Source: a virus
Lineage: Duplodnaviria > Caudoviricetes
Strand: one strand, 5' to 3'
Length of the DNA: 59,076 nt
IMG/VR virus record: IMGVR_UViG_3300043353_000061
Span: 1 to 59,076 of that record
Shown: one piece after another, positions 1 to 9,252 of the stretch
Layout: every line of letters starts with the position of its first letter
How positions within the stretch are numbered: position 1 is the first letter of the stretch
The notes under the pieces: generated by a model
The model's input: the letters and a program-made list of their open reading frames with translations, nothing else
Databases searched by the model: none
What the model was told of the DNA's origin: nothing
Program-made: the position numbers and the translations under genes

Positions 1-360
1 CCCCATGTCCTGAAGGAACGCGGAGAACGACTCACGCCACCGCCGGCAAACAGTTATGCCGCGACCGCCGTACCGCGGGTAATCGTGTGCCTTCGGGTTT
101 CGACACCGATTGTTCATACGCGACCACGTCCGATGCTCTGGCGTTTTGGCCCTACCGTGCGTTTTCAACCTTGCGGACCGGAGTTCTTGGTTGAGACAGC
201 CACACGAGAGAACGGTGCCCGATGCCACATGGCATCGCCGGACGACCTTCTCGCTACCGCACTTGCACCGATAGAGCGAGTGACCGGCCCTCTCCGAATC
301 GCCGATGTGGGTGAGCCTTGATTCGTGACTGGTCGTGTTCGTAGACTGGCCTTCAGCCAT
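1..360 (-). CDS. HNH-type homing endonuclease (YGGRGI family), truncated by window edge; not in ORF track
   Basis: Manual translation MAEGQST...CKCG...SCGC...THG...YPRYGGRGITVCRRWRESFSAFLQDMG. Confidence 0.85.
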   Translation of the reverse strand, partial: MAEGQSTNTTSHESRLTHIGDSERAGHSLYRCKCGSEKVVRRCHVASGTVLSCGCLNQELRSARLKTHGRAKTPEHRTWSRMNNRCRNPKAHDYPRYGGRGITVCRRWRESFSAFLQDMG

Positions 361-455
361 GACGTGCCCTCGTGCAAGCGTGGGTGCGGGATGGTCAGGG
401 CTGAGGGGTGCGTCAACACCTTTCAGCCCGCCACATTTTAGACGCTCGCCGGCCA

Positions 456-1001
456 TCAAGAATTCCCATTTAGTGCTGGAATTTCAGGGGTATAAAACAT
501 CCCGTCCGCTAACCGACGGTACTTGTCCCACGCCCGGCCCACCGCACCAGAGCCGGGGAAGATGTCCACGAACTCGTCGTCGGGCGTCATGCCGAGTAGG
601 TCGAACAGCCAAAAGCAGAACCCCTCCGGCTTGGCCCCGAAGAACCCTTTCTTGAGGGCGATGTTGCAGGACACGAAATCCCGCACCGTTGACTCCTTCC
701 TGGTCCGCTTGCGGCCACCGGCAAATATGACCGGCTCCCACGCATACGCCGGGTTCACCCCCGGCTTGAAACTGGCGAACGGCTTCACCCACGCCGCCAC
801 GCGAACGCGACCCGGTGCGAGCGGGAGGATCTGCCGTAGCGTGGGTGTGCTGAGGCTGTACGCCCATCCGTCAGGGAACTCGGCCTCCAGGCGGACGAAC
901 AGTTCCGCATGGCCCTGGAGCGTGTCGTACACCGCCGACTCAGGGTGGTCGTAGAACTTGGCCATCCCCAAATAGGGCGGGTCAGCGTATGCGAACTTCA
1001 T
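456..1001 (-). CDS. Amino (N6A/N4C) DNA methyltransferase, compact
   Basis: N-terminal YADPPY catalytic motif, C-terminal DIFPGSG SAM-binding motif. Confidence 0.8.
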   Translation of the reverse strand: MKFAYADPPYLGMAKFYDHPESAVYDTLQGHAELFVRLEAEFPDGWAYSLSTPTLRQILPLAPGRVRVAAWVKPFASFKPGVNPAYAWEPVIFAGGRKRTRKESTVRDFVSCNIALKKGFFGAKPEGFCFWLFDLLGMTPDDEFVDIFPGSGAVGRAWDKYRRLADGMFYTPEIPALNGNS

Positions 1002-1131
1002 TTCCGCCCTCCCTCTTGATCCAGACTCACCACGGCCTTCTGAAACTCCCGCTCGCTCACCACCCCCAACGCCTCCACCCTCACCCCCACGCCGGGCGGC
1101 AGCGCGGACCGGGGGACGTGGCGCGGGAGTC

Positions 1132-2211
1132 TCACGCTACTTCTCCCCTTGCGGCTTCGGTGATTCGTCGCCCGATCCACTCGGCGACTTGGGGCACGAC
1201 ACTGTTTCCGAGTCCTCGGATGGCATCTCGCACCAGCCCACGGGGAAGCCCATGTACCATTCGCACCACCTCGGGTTCAGCACCCCACCACCCCGACCCG
1301 ACAAATGGGCTGTTACGTCGATCAGGTTCACCTGGTGCCCGCCGTTCTCCGCCTTCGTCGCCGTCTTCCGTGGCCCCTTGTCCCCCGACGCTGCGTTCAG
1401 CGTCGGGGTGATCTTCCCCCGTGGCTTCCCGCACTTCACAAAATGGGTCAGCTCGCCCCTGCCTCCCCTCTCCCCGCTCGACGCCGTCAGTGTCGGCGTC
1501 GATTCGTGGCTCACAATCACCGCCGCTTGCGGCGGTGATTTCCTGTTCAGCTCGCCAGCCGAACCACTCCTCCGGTGGTCCGATGACAGGAGCGTCGGGG
1601 TCCAGCCGGTCAGCACGCCCAACAGGGTGGCCCGCTCCTTCCCCTTCTTCCCGCCATCTCTCTGGTAGCACCCGGAATCCGTCTCGCTGGCCCTGAGGGT
1701 AGGCGACGATGAAGACGCGAAAACGCTGCTGCGTGGAACCAAAGGCGGACGCCGGTATGCACGCCCATTCCGCGTCATACCCGCACTCGGCCAGCTCCCC
1801 AACAACGCATCCAATGGCGGCTTGTTCTTCTTCCTTCTCAGGGGCAAGCAAGCCTGGTACGTTCTCCACCACAACGAACGGCGGTCGTAGAACGCGAATG
1901 ATGCGGGCGAATTCGCTCCACAGGCCGGACCGCTCGCCTTTGAGTCCGGCCCGACGCCCGGCGAGGCTGACGTCCTGGCAGGGGAACCCGCCGCAGATGA
2001 CATCGACCTTGAACGCTTCGGGTTCGCCATCGGGGAACGTCCTCACGTCGTCGTGTCGGTGAACCGTGGGCCAGTGTTTCGCCAGCACTCGACGGCAATA
2101 CGGCTCAATCTCTACCTGCCACTTGCACACCATCCCGGCCCGCTCAAAGCCCAAGTCGAATCCGCCAATACCAGCGAAGAGGCTACCGAACGTCAACCTT
2201 GCTCCACTCAC
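1132..2211 (-). CDS. C5 cytosine DNA methyltransferase, main (alpha-like) chain
   Basis: LFAGIGG (I), GGFPCQD (IV), ENV (VI), QQRFRVF (VIII), GNSVVP (X); motif IX absent from this frame. Confidence 0.9.
   Translation of the reverse strand: MSGARLTFGSLFAGIGGFDLGFERAGMVCKWQVEIEPYCRRVLAKHWPTVHRHDDVRTFPDGEPEAFKVDVICGGFPCQDVSLAGRRAGLKGERSGLWSEFARIIRVLRPPFVVVENVPGLLAPEKEEEQAAIGCVVGELAECGYDAEWACIPASAFGSTQQRFRVFIVAYPQGQRDGFRVLPERWREEGEGAGHPVGRADRLDPDAPVIGPPEEWFGWRAEQEITAASGGDCEPRIDADTDGVERGEGRQGRADPFCEVREATGEDHPDAERSVGGQGATEDGDEGGERRAPGEPDRRNSPFVGSGWWGAEPEVVRMVHGLPRGLVRDAIRGLGNSVVPQVAEWIGRRITEAARGEVA
1137..2003 (-). CDS. Overlapping alternate-frame C5 methyltransferase (beta-like) chain
   Basis: Repeated PTLxAS units and motif IX-like LNPRWCEWYMGFPVGW; start may be 2003 or 2030. 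Confidence 0.7.
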   Translation of the reverse strand: MSSAAGSPARTSASPGVGPDSKASGPACGANSPASFAFYDRRSLWWRTYQACLPLRRKKNKPPLDALLGSWPSAGMTRNGRAYRRPPLVPRSSVFASSSSPTLRASETDSGCYQRDGGKKGKERATLLGVLTGWTPTLLSSDHRRSGSAGELNRKSPPQAAVIVSHESTPTLTASSGERGGRGELTHFVKCGKPRGKITPTLNAASGDKGPRKTATKAENGGHQVNLIDVTAHLSGRGGGVLNPRWCEWYMGFPVGWCEMPSEDSETVSCPKSPSGSGDESPKPQGEK

Positions 2212-2253
2212 GTTCGCCCCTCCGTCGGTGTGCCCGCCGCCGGGCGGGTGGTG

Positions 2254-2886
2254 TCAGGCCCGCCGGCGCGCTCCCGCCAGCATGTCGTCGAGCCGCTCCA
2301 AGTCTTCCGCGGTCGGCGGTGCGGCGTCGGCCTTCGCCAGCGCCGCCCGCGCCGCCGCCACCTCCCGGCAGTTCGGGTACTTCCGCTCGTACCCGGTGAC
2401 GGTCATCAGCGGCCGGTTCGCCTGTTCGCTGCTCTCCCGCATCCGCCGCCCGGCCTCGCACAGCACGCAGCACACCGCCGCCATGCGGGTGCAACTCCGC
2501 TCGCCGTCCGGATCGGCCGAAGGTGGCAACAGCACCTCCCGCCACCGGGCGTACTCGTCCAAGCCGGGGTGGGGCACGATCACCACTCCCGGACCGCGGC
2601 ACTCGATGCACACCCCGTCCGCGTACCCGCCCGGCTGGGGGCGGTCGGCGGCCTTCTGGCGGAGGTGCCGCACGGTGCCGATGATCAGGCCGCGGTGGTC
2701 GGCCGCCCACTTCGGCACGTCCTCCCGGCCGGTCAGGTACTCGGTCGCGGCGTGCAGATCGTCCGGGGTGAACAGGTGGACGAACTTGGCCCCCCAGGCG
2801 AGAACCGTCTTCGCCCCCTCGGGGCCGAACCCGAACGCGGTGGCGTGCTGCATCGCCCACACGTCGTACCAGTCGGGGACGCTCAC
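2254..2886 (-). CDS. Hypothetical replication-region protein with CxxC pairs
   Basis: Overlaps initiator stop; CIEC and CVLC motifs. Confidence 0.55.
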   Translation of the reverse strand: MSVPDWYDVWAMQHATAFGFGPEGAKTVLAWGAKFVHLFTPDDLHAATEYLTGREDVPKWAADHRGLIIGTVRHLRQKAADRPQPGGYADGVCIECRGPGVVIVPHPGLDEYARWREVLLPPSADPDGERSCTRMAAVCCVLCEAGRRMRESSEQANRPLMTVTGYERKYPNCREVAAARAALAKADAAPPTAEDLERLDDMLAGARRRA

Positions 2887-3728
2887 GGATCACCTCCCGG
2901 CGTGCGGCCGGATTCCATTTCCGCCCGCAGCCGGCGGGCTCGGTCGAGGGGGGATTCGCCCGCGGCGGGTGGCGGCGACCGCGGGGCCGGTGACGCCTTG
3001 CCGCCGTTCGCGGCGTTGTTCAGCCAGTTGACGAGGAACTTGGCCATGCCGCCGGCCGTCTTCCGCTTCTTCGGGTTGGCCTCGCACCAGCCGAGAGCCT
3101 TGCGGCATTCGGCCAGCACGTCGGTTCCGGGGTAGAGCGTCCGCCAGCGGTCGAGCTGTTCTCCCGTCAGCGGCCAACTCTTCGGTCCGTCGCCGATCGC
3201 CGGGAAAGTGAGAACCGGCGGCGGCGATGGTGGCTTGTCCACCTCGCCGCTGTCTTTTCTCGTACCCGACCCCGCACTCGAACCCGACCCCGAACCCGAC
3301 CCCGAACCCGGTACGGATGTAAACGGTTGCGTGCAGTTGTTTGCATCCGTTTTCAATTGCGCGCATCCGTTTACAATTGCAAGTTGAGGTGCCGTCTCAA
3401 CGCCTTCCGGTGGTGGTGGCCACTTCGAGTCCTTGTTCCGCGGGGAGCCGAGCTTTCGGAACAGGATGTACTGCTTGCCCGACACGGAGTAGAGAGCGAT
3501 CAGCCCGGCCGTCTCGCACTCGGCGATCCAACGGGGAATGTCGGCCTCTCTCACTTTGTCGATCTGCAAGGGGTACAACCGGCTCCTCAAGACACCCGGT
3601 CTTCCGTCGTACCGACCGAAGTCGTCCACCACGCTCATCAGCCGTCTGTAAAACACCTCAGCTTGGAACGAAAGCGAACACACAGCCTCGCTGTCGAGTA
3701 TGCCCTCCCTAAGTAGTCTTGATGGCAT
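2883..3728 (-). CDS. Phage replication initiator / replisome organizer
   Basis: N-terminal RLLREGILDSE..LSFQAEVFY..VDDFGR winged-helix type domain, GS linker, C-terminal KFLVNWL domain. Confidence 0.75.
   Translation of the reverse strand: MPSRLLREGILDSEAVCSLSFQAEVFYRRLMSVVDDFGRYDGRPGVLRSRLYPLQIDKVREADIPRWIAECETAGLIALYSVSGKQYILFRKLGSPRNKDSKWPPPPEGVETAPQLAIVNGCAQLKTDANNCTQPFTSVPGSGSGSGSGSSAGSGTRKDSGEVDKPPSPPPVLTFPAIGDGPKSWPLTGEQLDRWRTLYPGTDVLAECRKALGWCEANPKKRKTAGGMAKFLVNWLNNAANGGKASPAPRSPPPAAGESPLDRARRLRAEMESGRTPGGDP
3263..3381. repeat. Tandem CCCGA(A/C) hexamers and GCATCCGTTT repeats inside the initiator gene (candidate iterons)
   Basis: Direct reading of repeats; lambdoid origins lie inside the initiator gene. 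Confidence 0.45.
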
Positions 3729-3743
3729 CGAACTGGCTCCTTT

Positions 3744-4016
3744 TCATCTGCCAAGAGGTCGAACGCTGACGGCTTCCCACTTGCTGCCGTCGTCGGTGGC
3801 CGTCAGCTTGTACAAGATGTCGGGGATGCCGCCGGCGTACACCTCGATTCGGGTCACGTCCGGCATCAGGAAGGTCGCCACCTCCAGACACCCCGTCATG
3901 TCGGTGGACGCGAGCGGCGGGATGTCCAACCGCATGGCGAACTCGTCGATCACCCGCCACGACAGCCAGCGGGTGAGCATCCGCCGGCAGGTCACGCTCT
4001 GAGTCACCGGGTTCAA
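3744..4016 (-). CDS. Hypothetical protein
   Basis: ORF fits operon packing, upstream GGAGG. Confidence 0.6.
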   Translation of the reverse strand: MNPVTQSVTCRRMLTRWLSWRVIDEFAMRLDIPPLASTDMTGCLEVATFLMPDVTRIEVYAGGIPDILYKLTATDDGSKWEAVSVRPLGR

Positions 4017-4029
4017 TCGTCACCTCCTG

Positions 4030-4752
4030 TTAACGGCAGTTGTCGAGGTAAACCACTTCCAGGTCGTCGCGGACCTTCGCCATCACTTCCGCCACGACGC
4101 TATGCACGAGCTGTTTGGACACGCCGAACGACGCCGCGACCTCCTTCAGCGTCTTCGCCGACCCGCCGGCCATCCCGTACCGCATGGCGAACATCTGCCG
4201 TTTCCGCGGGCTCGACACCCGCCGGCGGAGCACGTCGGCCACGGCCGTCCGCAGCCGACTGCCTTGGCACCGCCTGACGGGGTCGAGGGACGGGTCGGCG
4301 GGCGACTCGACGACCACGAACGGGCCGGCATCGGAGTCCCCCAGCCGGGTCGTGTCCCCGCTCATCACCCGCAGGCCGGCACGGCGGGCGGGGCACCACT
4401 CCGTCACCGCCCGCCCCACCACGGCGCGGCACCACAGGGACCAGTAGCTGGTGAACGCCGCCCCACGGGTCGGGTCGTACTTGGCCGCCGCCCGCACCGC
4501 CGCCAGTCGGCACAACTGGCCCACCTCCGACGGATCGAACCGGGCCTGCCTCGCGGCGAGAGCGACCGACGGCCACATGGCGTACAACAGGTTCTCGGGG
4601 TGCGGCCACTCGGCGAGCGTCGATTCCACCAGCGCCACGCCGTCCGGGCTAAGCCGCACCCGCCACCGCCGGCCGTCCACCCACTCGGGGACGCCGAACG
4701 GGCCGACCAGCGGCGGCATGAGCGGGTCGTGGTTCCTGTACGGCACCCCCAT
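4030..4752 (-). CDS. Sigma-70 family factor-like protein
   Basis: Region 2-like RAAAKYDPTRGAAFTSY and region 4 HTH TLKEVAASFGVSKQLV. Confidence 0.75.
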   Translation of the reverse strand: MGVPYRNHDPLMPPLVGPFGVPEWVDGRRWRVRLSPDGVALVESTLAEWPHPENLLYAMWPSVALAARQARFDPSEVGQLCRLAAVRAAAKYDPTRGAAFTSYWSLWCRAVVGRAVTEWCPARRAGLRVMSGDTTRLGDSDAGPFVVVESPADPSLDPVRRCQGSRLRTAVADVLRRRVSSPRKRQMFAMRYGMAGGSAKTLKEVAASFGVSKQLVHSVVAEVMAKVRDDLEVVYLDNCR

Positions 4753-4833
4753 CTCTACCCCACTCCTTCGCCCCTTTCGGGGAACCCCGCCCGCCGGCCG
4801 CGAGCCGGCGTGATCCGCTCCGGGCGGGTCGTG

Positions 4834-4971
4834 TCACTCAGTCGCGGACAATCGGCCGATGAAGAACGCTCCGACGCACAGCACGGCCACGATCACCGTG
4901 GCGATCAGACAGCACCAAAGTAGGCACCCTCGCAACTCGGCGTTGATGCCACGGACGTCAGCCGGTCCCAT
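4834..4971 (-). CDS. Small membrane protein
   Basis: Single hydrophobic helix. Confidence 0.45.
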   Translation of the reverse strand: MGPADVRGINAELRGCLLWCCLIATVIVAVLCVGAFFIGRLSATE

Positions 4972-5242
4972 CAGTGCCTCCTTCGTGCGGGTTCCCGCAC
5001 CCGTCGAACGCCTCCCGCGCCGCTTCTCCAATCCCGAACCGCTCGCACTTCTCGACAACCGCCGCGATGCGGTGCAGCCCGCCCGTCGGGTCGCAGTACC
5101 AACCGGGGTTATCAGCCTCGATCCGCTTGCGGTCGATCTCGGACCATCCGCACCCGTAGCACCCCCACGGACCGTACTGGATGCCGACGTCGATATCGAC
5201 GGAATCGCGGTCACACTCCTCGTCGCACTCGGGGCAGTTCAT
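4958..5242 (-). CDS. Zinc-ribbon protein
   Basis: CPEC...CYGCG. Confidence 0.6.
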   Translation of the reverse strand: MNCPECDEECDRDSVDIDVGIQYGPWGCYGCGWSEIDRKRIEADNPGWYCDPTGGLHRIAAVVEKCERFGIGEAAREAFDGCGNPHEGGTDGTG

Positions 5243-5252
5243 GTGACATCTC

Positions 5253-5606
5253 CTAGTAGTCGCACTCGCAAGTACACTGGCACTTGAGGTATTCACGCAA
5301 CGCCTCCGCCACCGCAATCACGTCGTCCCGGATGTGGTCGTCCTCTTCCGGCTGCATCAGTGGCGACGGCTCATCCTCGTGGAAGTGACGCATGAGCAGC
5401 CGGTCACACGCCGAGCGAAGTTCGCTGTTGGCCAGGATTGGCGATGCCACCCCCGATGGATGTTCGGCGAGGTAGGCGCGGGCGATCATGGCCGCGTCCG
5501 TAGACCGCTGTGCAGGCTGCTCGTGCATGTCGCACGGCCACGGGTAGGCGTCGGCCGGATTCGGGTCCGACCACCGTTTCACTGCCGCTTGAAGTTCCGG
5601 CGTCAT
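5253..5606 (-). CDS. Hypothetical protein
   Basis: Overlaps stop of upstream gene, GGAG RBS. Confidence 0.55.
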   Translation of the reverse strand: MTPELQAAVKRWSDPNPADAYPWPCDMHEQPAQRSTDAAMIARAYLAEHPSGVASPILANSELRSACDRLLMRHFHEDEPSPLMQPEEDDHIRDDVIAVAEALREYLKCQCTCECDY

Positions 5607-6430
5607 GTCGTCTCCTGTGAAGTCGTTTGTAATCTGGCCCATGTAATCGCGGCATCGGACAGGGCGGCGTGAGCGTCTTCGCGGGTGGTGTAACGGTCGT
5701 CTCGCTCTGGGTAAGGCGACTCCCCTTCGACTCGGGAGGGTTCCCCGATGAGCACTCGGAATAAGCCAATCGGCAAACGGTCCGGCTGGTTCTCATCCCC
5801 ACGGGCCGTTCGCTGACCCCACGACCACCTGCCGTTATGCAACTCCGCCGCCTCCATATCGGTGAGCGCCACCCGCGTGACCGGGTGGGCGGCCACGACC
5901 TTCAGGCCGATTCCGTGGGTGCGTCCGGTGGTGAAGCAGGCGTGGCAACGGTCATGAACCTCGGAGCGGTTGTCCCATACTCTCCCGTATCCATCGCACC
6001 GCTGGCACACATCGCACCCACACCAGTCGGCCACGCGGCATCGCACCTCGGTCACGAACCCACGTTCCCAAACGCAACATCGGCTGCCCACGTAACACTC
6101 CGGCCTAGCCCAATGGGGGATCAGATTGACCAAGTCGGGGATGTGCCAATCGGCTCTACCCCTCATTAACTCTGCCTCTCGATACCGCAACCGGCACCAG
6201 TAGGAGCAGCCAACGCAATCGGCGTGCTCCGATCGCATCGCCATCCAGAAATCCGGCGTGCCTTGTGCCGCTTCCACCTTCGCCATTTCAATCTGAATTC
6301 TGATAAACTCGGCCCACTCACCCTGCCCGTTCTCGTCCAACCAATCGGCGAAAACGAGTCTGGGAAGGCCGTCGTCCGGTGCCGCGACGATGGCCGCGAT
6401 GAATGCAGACTGTTCGGGCGCGGTGTTCAT
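5603..6430 (-). CDS. TIGR02996 (repeat-companion) domain protein with DnaJ-like zinc finger insert
   Basis: AFIAAIVAAPDDGLPRLVFADWLDENG..AEFIRIQ, RGF motif, CQRCDGYG/CHAC. Confidence 0.85.
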   Translation of the reverse strand: MNTAPEQSAFIAAIVAAPDDGLPRLVFADWLDENGQGEWAEFIRIQIEMAKVEAAQGTPDFWMAMRSEHADCVGCSYWCRLRYREAELMRGRADWHIPDLVNLIPHWARPECYVGSRCCVWERGFVTEVRCRVADWCGCDVCQRCDGYGRVWDNRSEVHDRCHACFTTGRTHGIGLKVVAAHPVTRVALTDMEAAELHNGRWSWGQRTARGDENQPDRLPIGLFRVLIGEPSRVEGESPYPERDDRYTTREDAHAALSDAAITWARLQTTSQETT

Positions 6431-6440
6431 GCTGGCGCCC

Positions 6441-6881
6441 TCAGATGACGTAGTGGTCCCATTCCATCGACAGCAACTCGCCGTAGAACGGCAGCGGGCA
6501 GGTGGCGAAATACTCCTTGATCCATCGCAACTTGGCCCACACCTCTTCGCCGCACTCGGTGTTGAGCACCCCCGCGAGCGATTCGACTTTTCCGAGCGGC
6601 CAGTTGGAACTCTCAACCAACTCGTCCCGCAACCTCTGCCGGAACACCTCGACTGAATCGTCAGTCTTCTGTTGGTTGCACCGCGAGCAGGCGTACACGA
6701 GGTTGGCCAAGTCGTTGTGGCCGTTGTCTGCCCACGGGTGAACATGGTCGATGTGACTGCCGGATCGCATAGACGTGTTCCCGAACACCATCTCCCCGCC
6801 GCAGTACCAGCAGTAACCGCCAGTCTTGGCCCAGACAGCGGCCTTCGTGTCCTTGCTGATGAAAACTCGTCTTCTCGCCAT
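6441..6881 (-). CDS. HNH endonuclease
   Basis: CWYCG...IDHVHP...NLVYACSRCNQQK. Confidence 0.88.
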   Translation of the reverse strand: MARRRVFISKDTKAAVWAKTGGYCWYCGGEMVFGNTSMRSGSHIDHVHPWADNGHNDLANLVYACSRCNQQKTDDSVEVFRQRLRDELVESSNWPLGKVESLAGVLNTECGEEVWAKLRWIKEYFATCPLPFYGELLSMEWDHYVI

Positions 6882-6917
6882 GACGCCACCTCCGATGTTG
6901 CCAATGGAAACACGGGA

Positions 6918-6946
6918 ACTATACCCCGGTCTGTAGCCATTGGCAA
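6918..6946 (-). promoter_or_regulatory. Sigma-70 promoter TTGCCA-N17-TATAGT with overlapping operator
   Basis: 17-nt spacing; GTTGCC-N3-GGCAAC-like palindrome over the -35. Confidence 0.7.
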
Positions 6947-6991
6947 CATGCGGAAGCAAGGAATTGTTCGCAACTTTCAACGACGGCGAGC

Positions 6992-7195
6992 TTACTTCGG
7001 CTTCTTCTTGAGAACGGATTTGATGAGCAAGGCGGTGCCGCGGTCGATTCGCCGCTCGCCCTTGATCCAGCGGAGCGCGGTGGATCGGTGAACCCCCAGC
7101 TTCTTTGCAAGCTGGTTCGCGTTCGTAACGCCGTTGGCCTCCATCAGATCGGCCAACTCGCCCTTTTGCATACCGACCGGCGTGTTCGGACTCAT
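6992..7195 (-). CDS. Small Cro/XRE-like HTH regulator (leaderless)
   Basis: NQLAKKLGVHRSTALRW; TACTAT 7 nt before the ATG. Confidence 0.8.
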   Translation of the reverse strand: MSPNTPVGMQKGELADLMEANGVTNANQLAKKLGVHRSTALRWIKGERRIDRGTALLIKSVLKKKPK

Positions 7196-7258
7196 GCATT
7201 CCATAGTACCCATGACGTTGCCTTTGGCATCGTGGTTCACCGAACCCCACGTCGAACT

Positions 7259-7561
7259 CTACACCACCACCTGCCACACTGCCGCAGCTCTCCCGCTCCG
7301 CGTCTTCCGCGTCTGCCCCGTGTCCACGATCCGACCACCCAGGGCCAGCTCGCGGAACCGGGCCGAGCACGTCTGGTGACGCAGGCCGGTGAGCACCTCG
7401 CACTCATCGCAAGTCAGGCCGTCGGGGGCGTCACGGATGGCGGACAACACTACCATCCTGAGCCGGTTCGCGTCGGGCTTGATCGACTCCGCAGCGGCGA
7501 CAGACGTCGGGCTGTGCCTCTGCGCCGGCGGGTCGTCGAACAGGATGGGTTGTCTTCTCAC
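7259..7561 (-). CDS. Winged-helix DNA-binding protein
   Basis: GLTCDE...HQTCSARFREL...RKTRSGR, common phage family. Confidence 0.75.
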   Translation of the reverse strand: MRRQPILFDDPPAQRHSPTSVAAAESIKPDANRLRMVVLSAIRDAPDGLTCDECEVLTGLRHQTCSARFRELALGGRIVDTGQTRKTRSGRAAAVWQVVV

Positions 7562-7580
7562 GGCGGTCGCCTCCTGGTGG

Positions 7581-7766
7581 TCACTCAGTCGGTTGCGGCT
7601 TTCCGTCTGTTGCCTTCTTTGCCCGCGTCCTTCTCGCCATCCGGATCAGCACCTTCTGGAATTCGGCATCGGTCAGGTGCCCCCAGATGTGGAGCAACTT
7701 CGCCGACTTGATGAAGCGGGCTTCGAGGTCTTCCTTCGGCCACGCCATGATTTTCGCCGCGCTCAT
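7581..7766 (-). CDS. Hypothetical protein
   Basis: GGAGG RBS, operon position. Confidence 0.5.
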   Translation of the reverse strand: MSAAKIMAWPKEDLEARFIKSAKLLHIWGHLTDAEFQKVLIRMARRTRAKKATDGKPQPTE

Positions 7767-7780
7767 GTCGCCCTCCTGGG

Positions 7781-8458
7781 TCACTTGGTGATGGCTTCCG
7801 CCGCGATCCTGCGGTGTTCCGGGGCCACGTCCCAGAACCCGGCGTCCGGCTTGTACTTGCCGCCGTGCTTGTCGTTCAGCCAGGCCACCACCTTCGGCCA
7901 CTCCCGCTTGCTCTTGCTCAGCCGGTCGAAGAATGCGTCGTCGTCCTCCCACAGCGGCACGGCGGTCGCCACGCTGGTGACGGGGTGTTGGGGCAGTGGC
8001 GGGCGTTGTTGCGGTGGATGAGTCAGTGCCGGTTGCTGGCGTTGCTGCGGCGCACGGCTCGCGTGGTTGCCGTCGTTGCCGTCGTCGTCGTCATCCGCCG
8101 TGATGCCCAGCACCGCTTGCAGTCCGTAGCGCCTCGCATACGTGAGCGCCGCCCCCGTGCTCTGCGGGTCGGCCTTGATGGGCCGCAGACCGATCGTGCT
8201 GCGGACATACTCGCCGCTCTCGTGGATGAGCATGGTGGACAACGCCGGGCCGACGCCATCCACCTCGCACGGCAGTTGCACCACCCCCAGCTTGAACTTC
8301 GCCAGCACCGGCTTCACCGTGTCCAGCACGGTGGCCAGGTCCGCGAACCGGCTCTTGAAGTGCGGGTTCACGCTGTCCTTCGGCGGGTTCCGCATCTCCG
8401 CTTGCGCCGCCACCAGCGCGGCGAACAGCTTGGAAACGGTTGCAGATTGCTCGACCAT
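7781..8458 (-). CDS. erf: ERF-family single-strand annealing protein
   Basis: NPHFKSRFADL, PQSTGAALTYARRYGL, DDD motif. Confidence 0.9.
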   Translation of the reverse strand: MVEQSATVSKLFAALVAAQAEMRNPPKDSVNPHFKSRFADLATVLDTVKPVLAKFKLGVVQLPCEVDGVGPALSTMLIHESGEYVRSTIGLRPIKADPQSTGAALTYARRYGLQAVLGITADDDDDGNDGNHASRAPQQRQQPALTHPPQQRPPLPQHPVTSVATAVPLWEDDDAFFDRLSKSKREWPKVVAWLNDKHGGKYKPDAGFWDVAPEHRRIAAEAITK

Positions 8459-8479
8459 GCCATCTCCTCCAGTGTTGCC

Positions 8480-8770
8480 TCAGAACGGAATCCAGGTGTC
8501 GAAACATTTTTCGGTGCAGTGGTCGCCATGCACCCGCGGGGACCACGGCCACAGACGCTTGCGGCACGACGCGCAACGCTGAACGAAGAACCGCCGACCG
8601 AGATGCCACCGCACGTCGGCCAGCCAGTCCCGCAGCGGGGCGAGCCAGGACAAGCGGTATTCGATGTGATCCGGGTCGTAGATGTATTCGCCGCACCGGG
8701 GACAGAACGGCCCGTGCTCGTCGTACCCGCAGCCGAACAGCCGACAACGGAACCGTTTGAGCATGTTCAT
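8480..8770 (-). CDS. Cys-rich hypothetical protein
   Basis: CRLFGC, CPRCG, CASC. Confidence 0.55.
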   Translation of the reverse strand: MNMLKRFRCRLFGCGYDEHGPFCPRCGEYIYDPDHIEYRLSWLAPLRDWLADVRWHLGRRFFVQRCASCRKRLWPWSPRVHGDHCTEKCFDTWIPF

Positions 8771-8843
8771 CCCCCTGGAAAAACCGGGCGGCGACACATT
8801 GCCACCGCCCGGCCTGTCGAACCCACCGCCACGAGCGATGGAC

Positions 8844-9230
8844 TCACGCACCTTGCATCTGTCGCACCGGCAGCCCGCCCGCCACGATCACGTCCTGAAC
8901 GGCGTCCTTGTGCTTGCAGGAGTTGCGGCGGAAACCCATCCGCCCCGCGTCGCAACTGCACCGCTGCACCGGCCCGACCGTCACCCGGTACGGCTGCTCC
9001 TGCTCGTCGTCCGTCACGTTCACCAGCGCGAACGTGCGGCACCGGGGGAACTCCGGCTGAATCTCCTCCACCCCGTACACGTCCAGCTCCGACCCGCCGC
9101 CCTTGATCGGCCGCTGACTCACGCTCAGCATCCCGTCCCCGCCGCCGCCCGGCGTGCAGACGAACACCCACTTCCGCCAGCCGTAGGTGAGCGTGTCCGG
9201 CATCTGCCCGTGGTACACCTTGCCGATCAT
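8844..9230 (-). CDS. SWIM zinc-finger protein
   Basis: YRV...CSCD...CKH. Confidence 0.7.
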   Translation of the reverse strand: MIGKVYHGQMPDTLTYGWRKWVFVCTPGGGGDGMLSVSQRPIKGGGSELDVYGVEEIQPEFPRCRTFALVNVTDDEQEQPYRVTVGPVQRCSCDAGRMGFRRNSCKHKDAVQDVIVAGGLPVRQMQGA

Positions 9231-9252
9231 GGTTCGCCCTCTGTCTGAAAGA

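Noticed and set aside
456-2211. Complete restriction-modification system
   Set aside because: No cognate restriction enzyme; the adjacent nuclease is a homing type, so these are orphan methyltransferases
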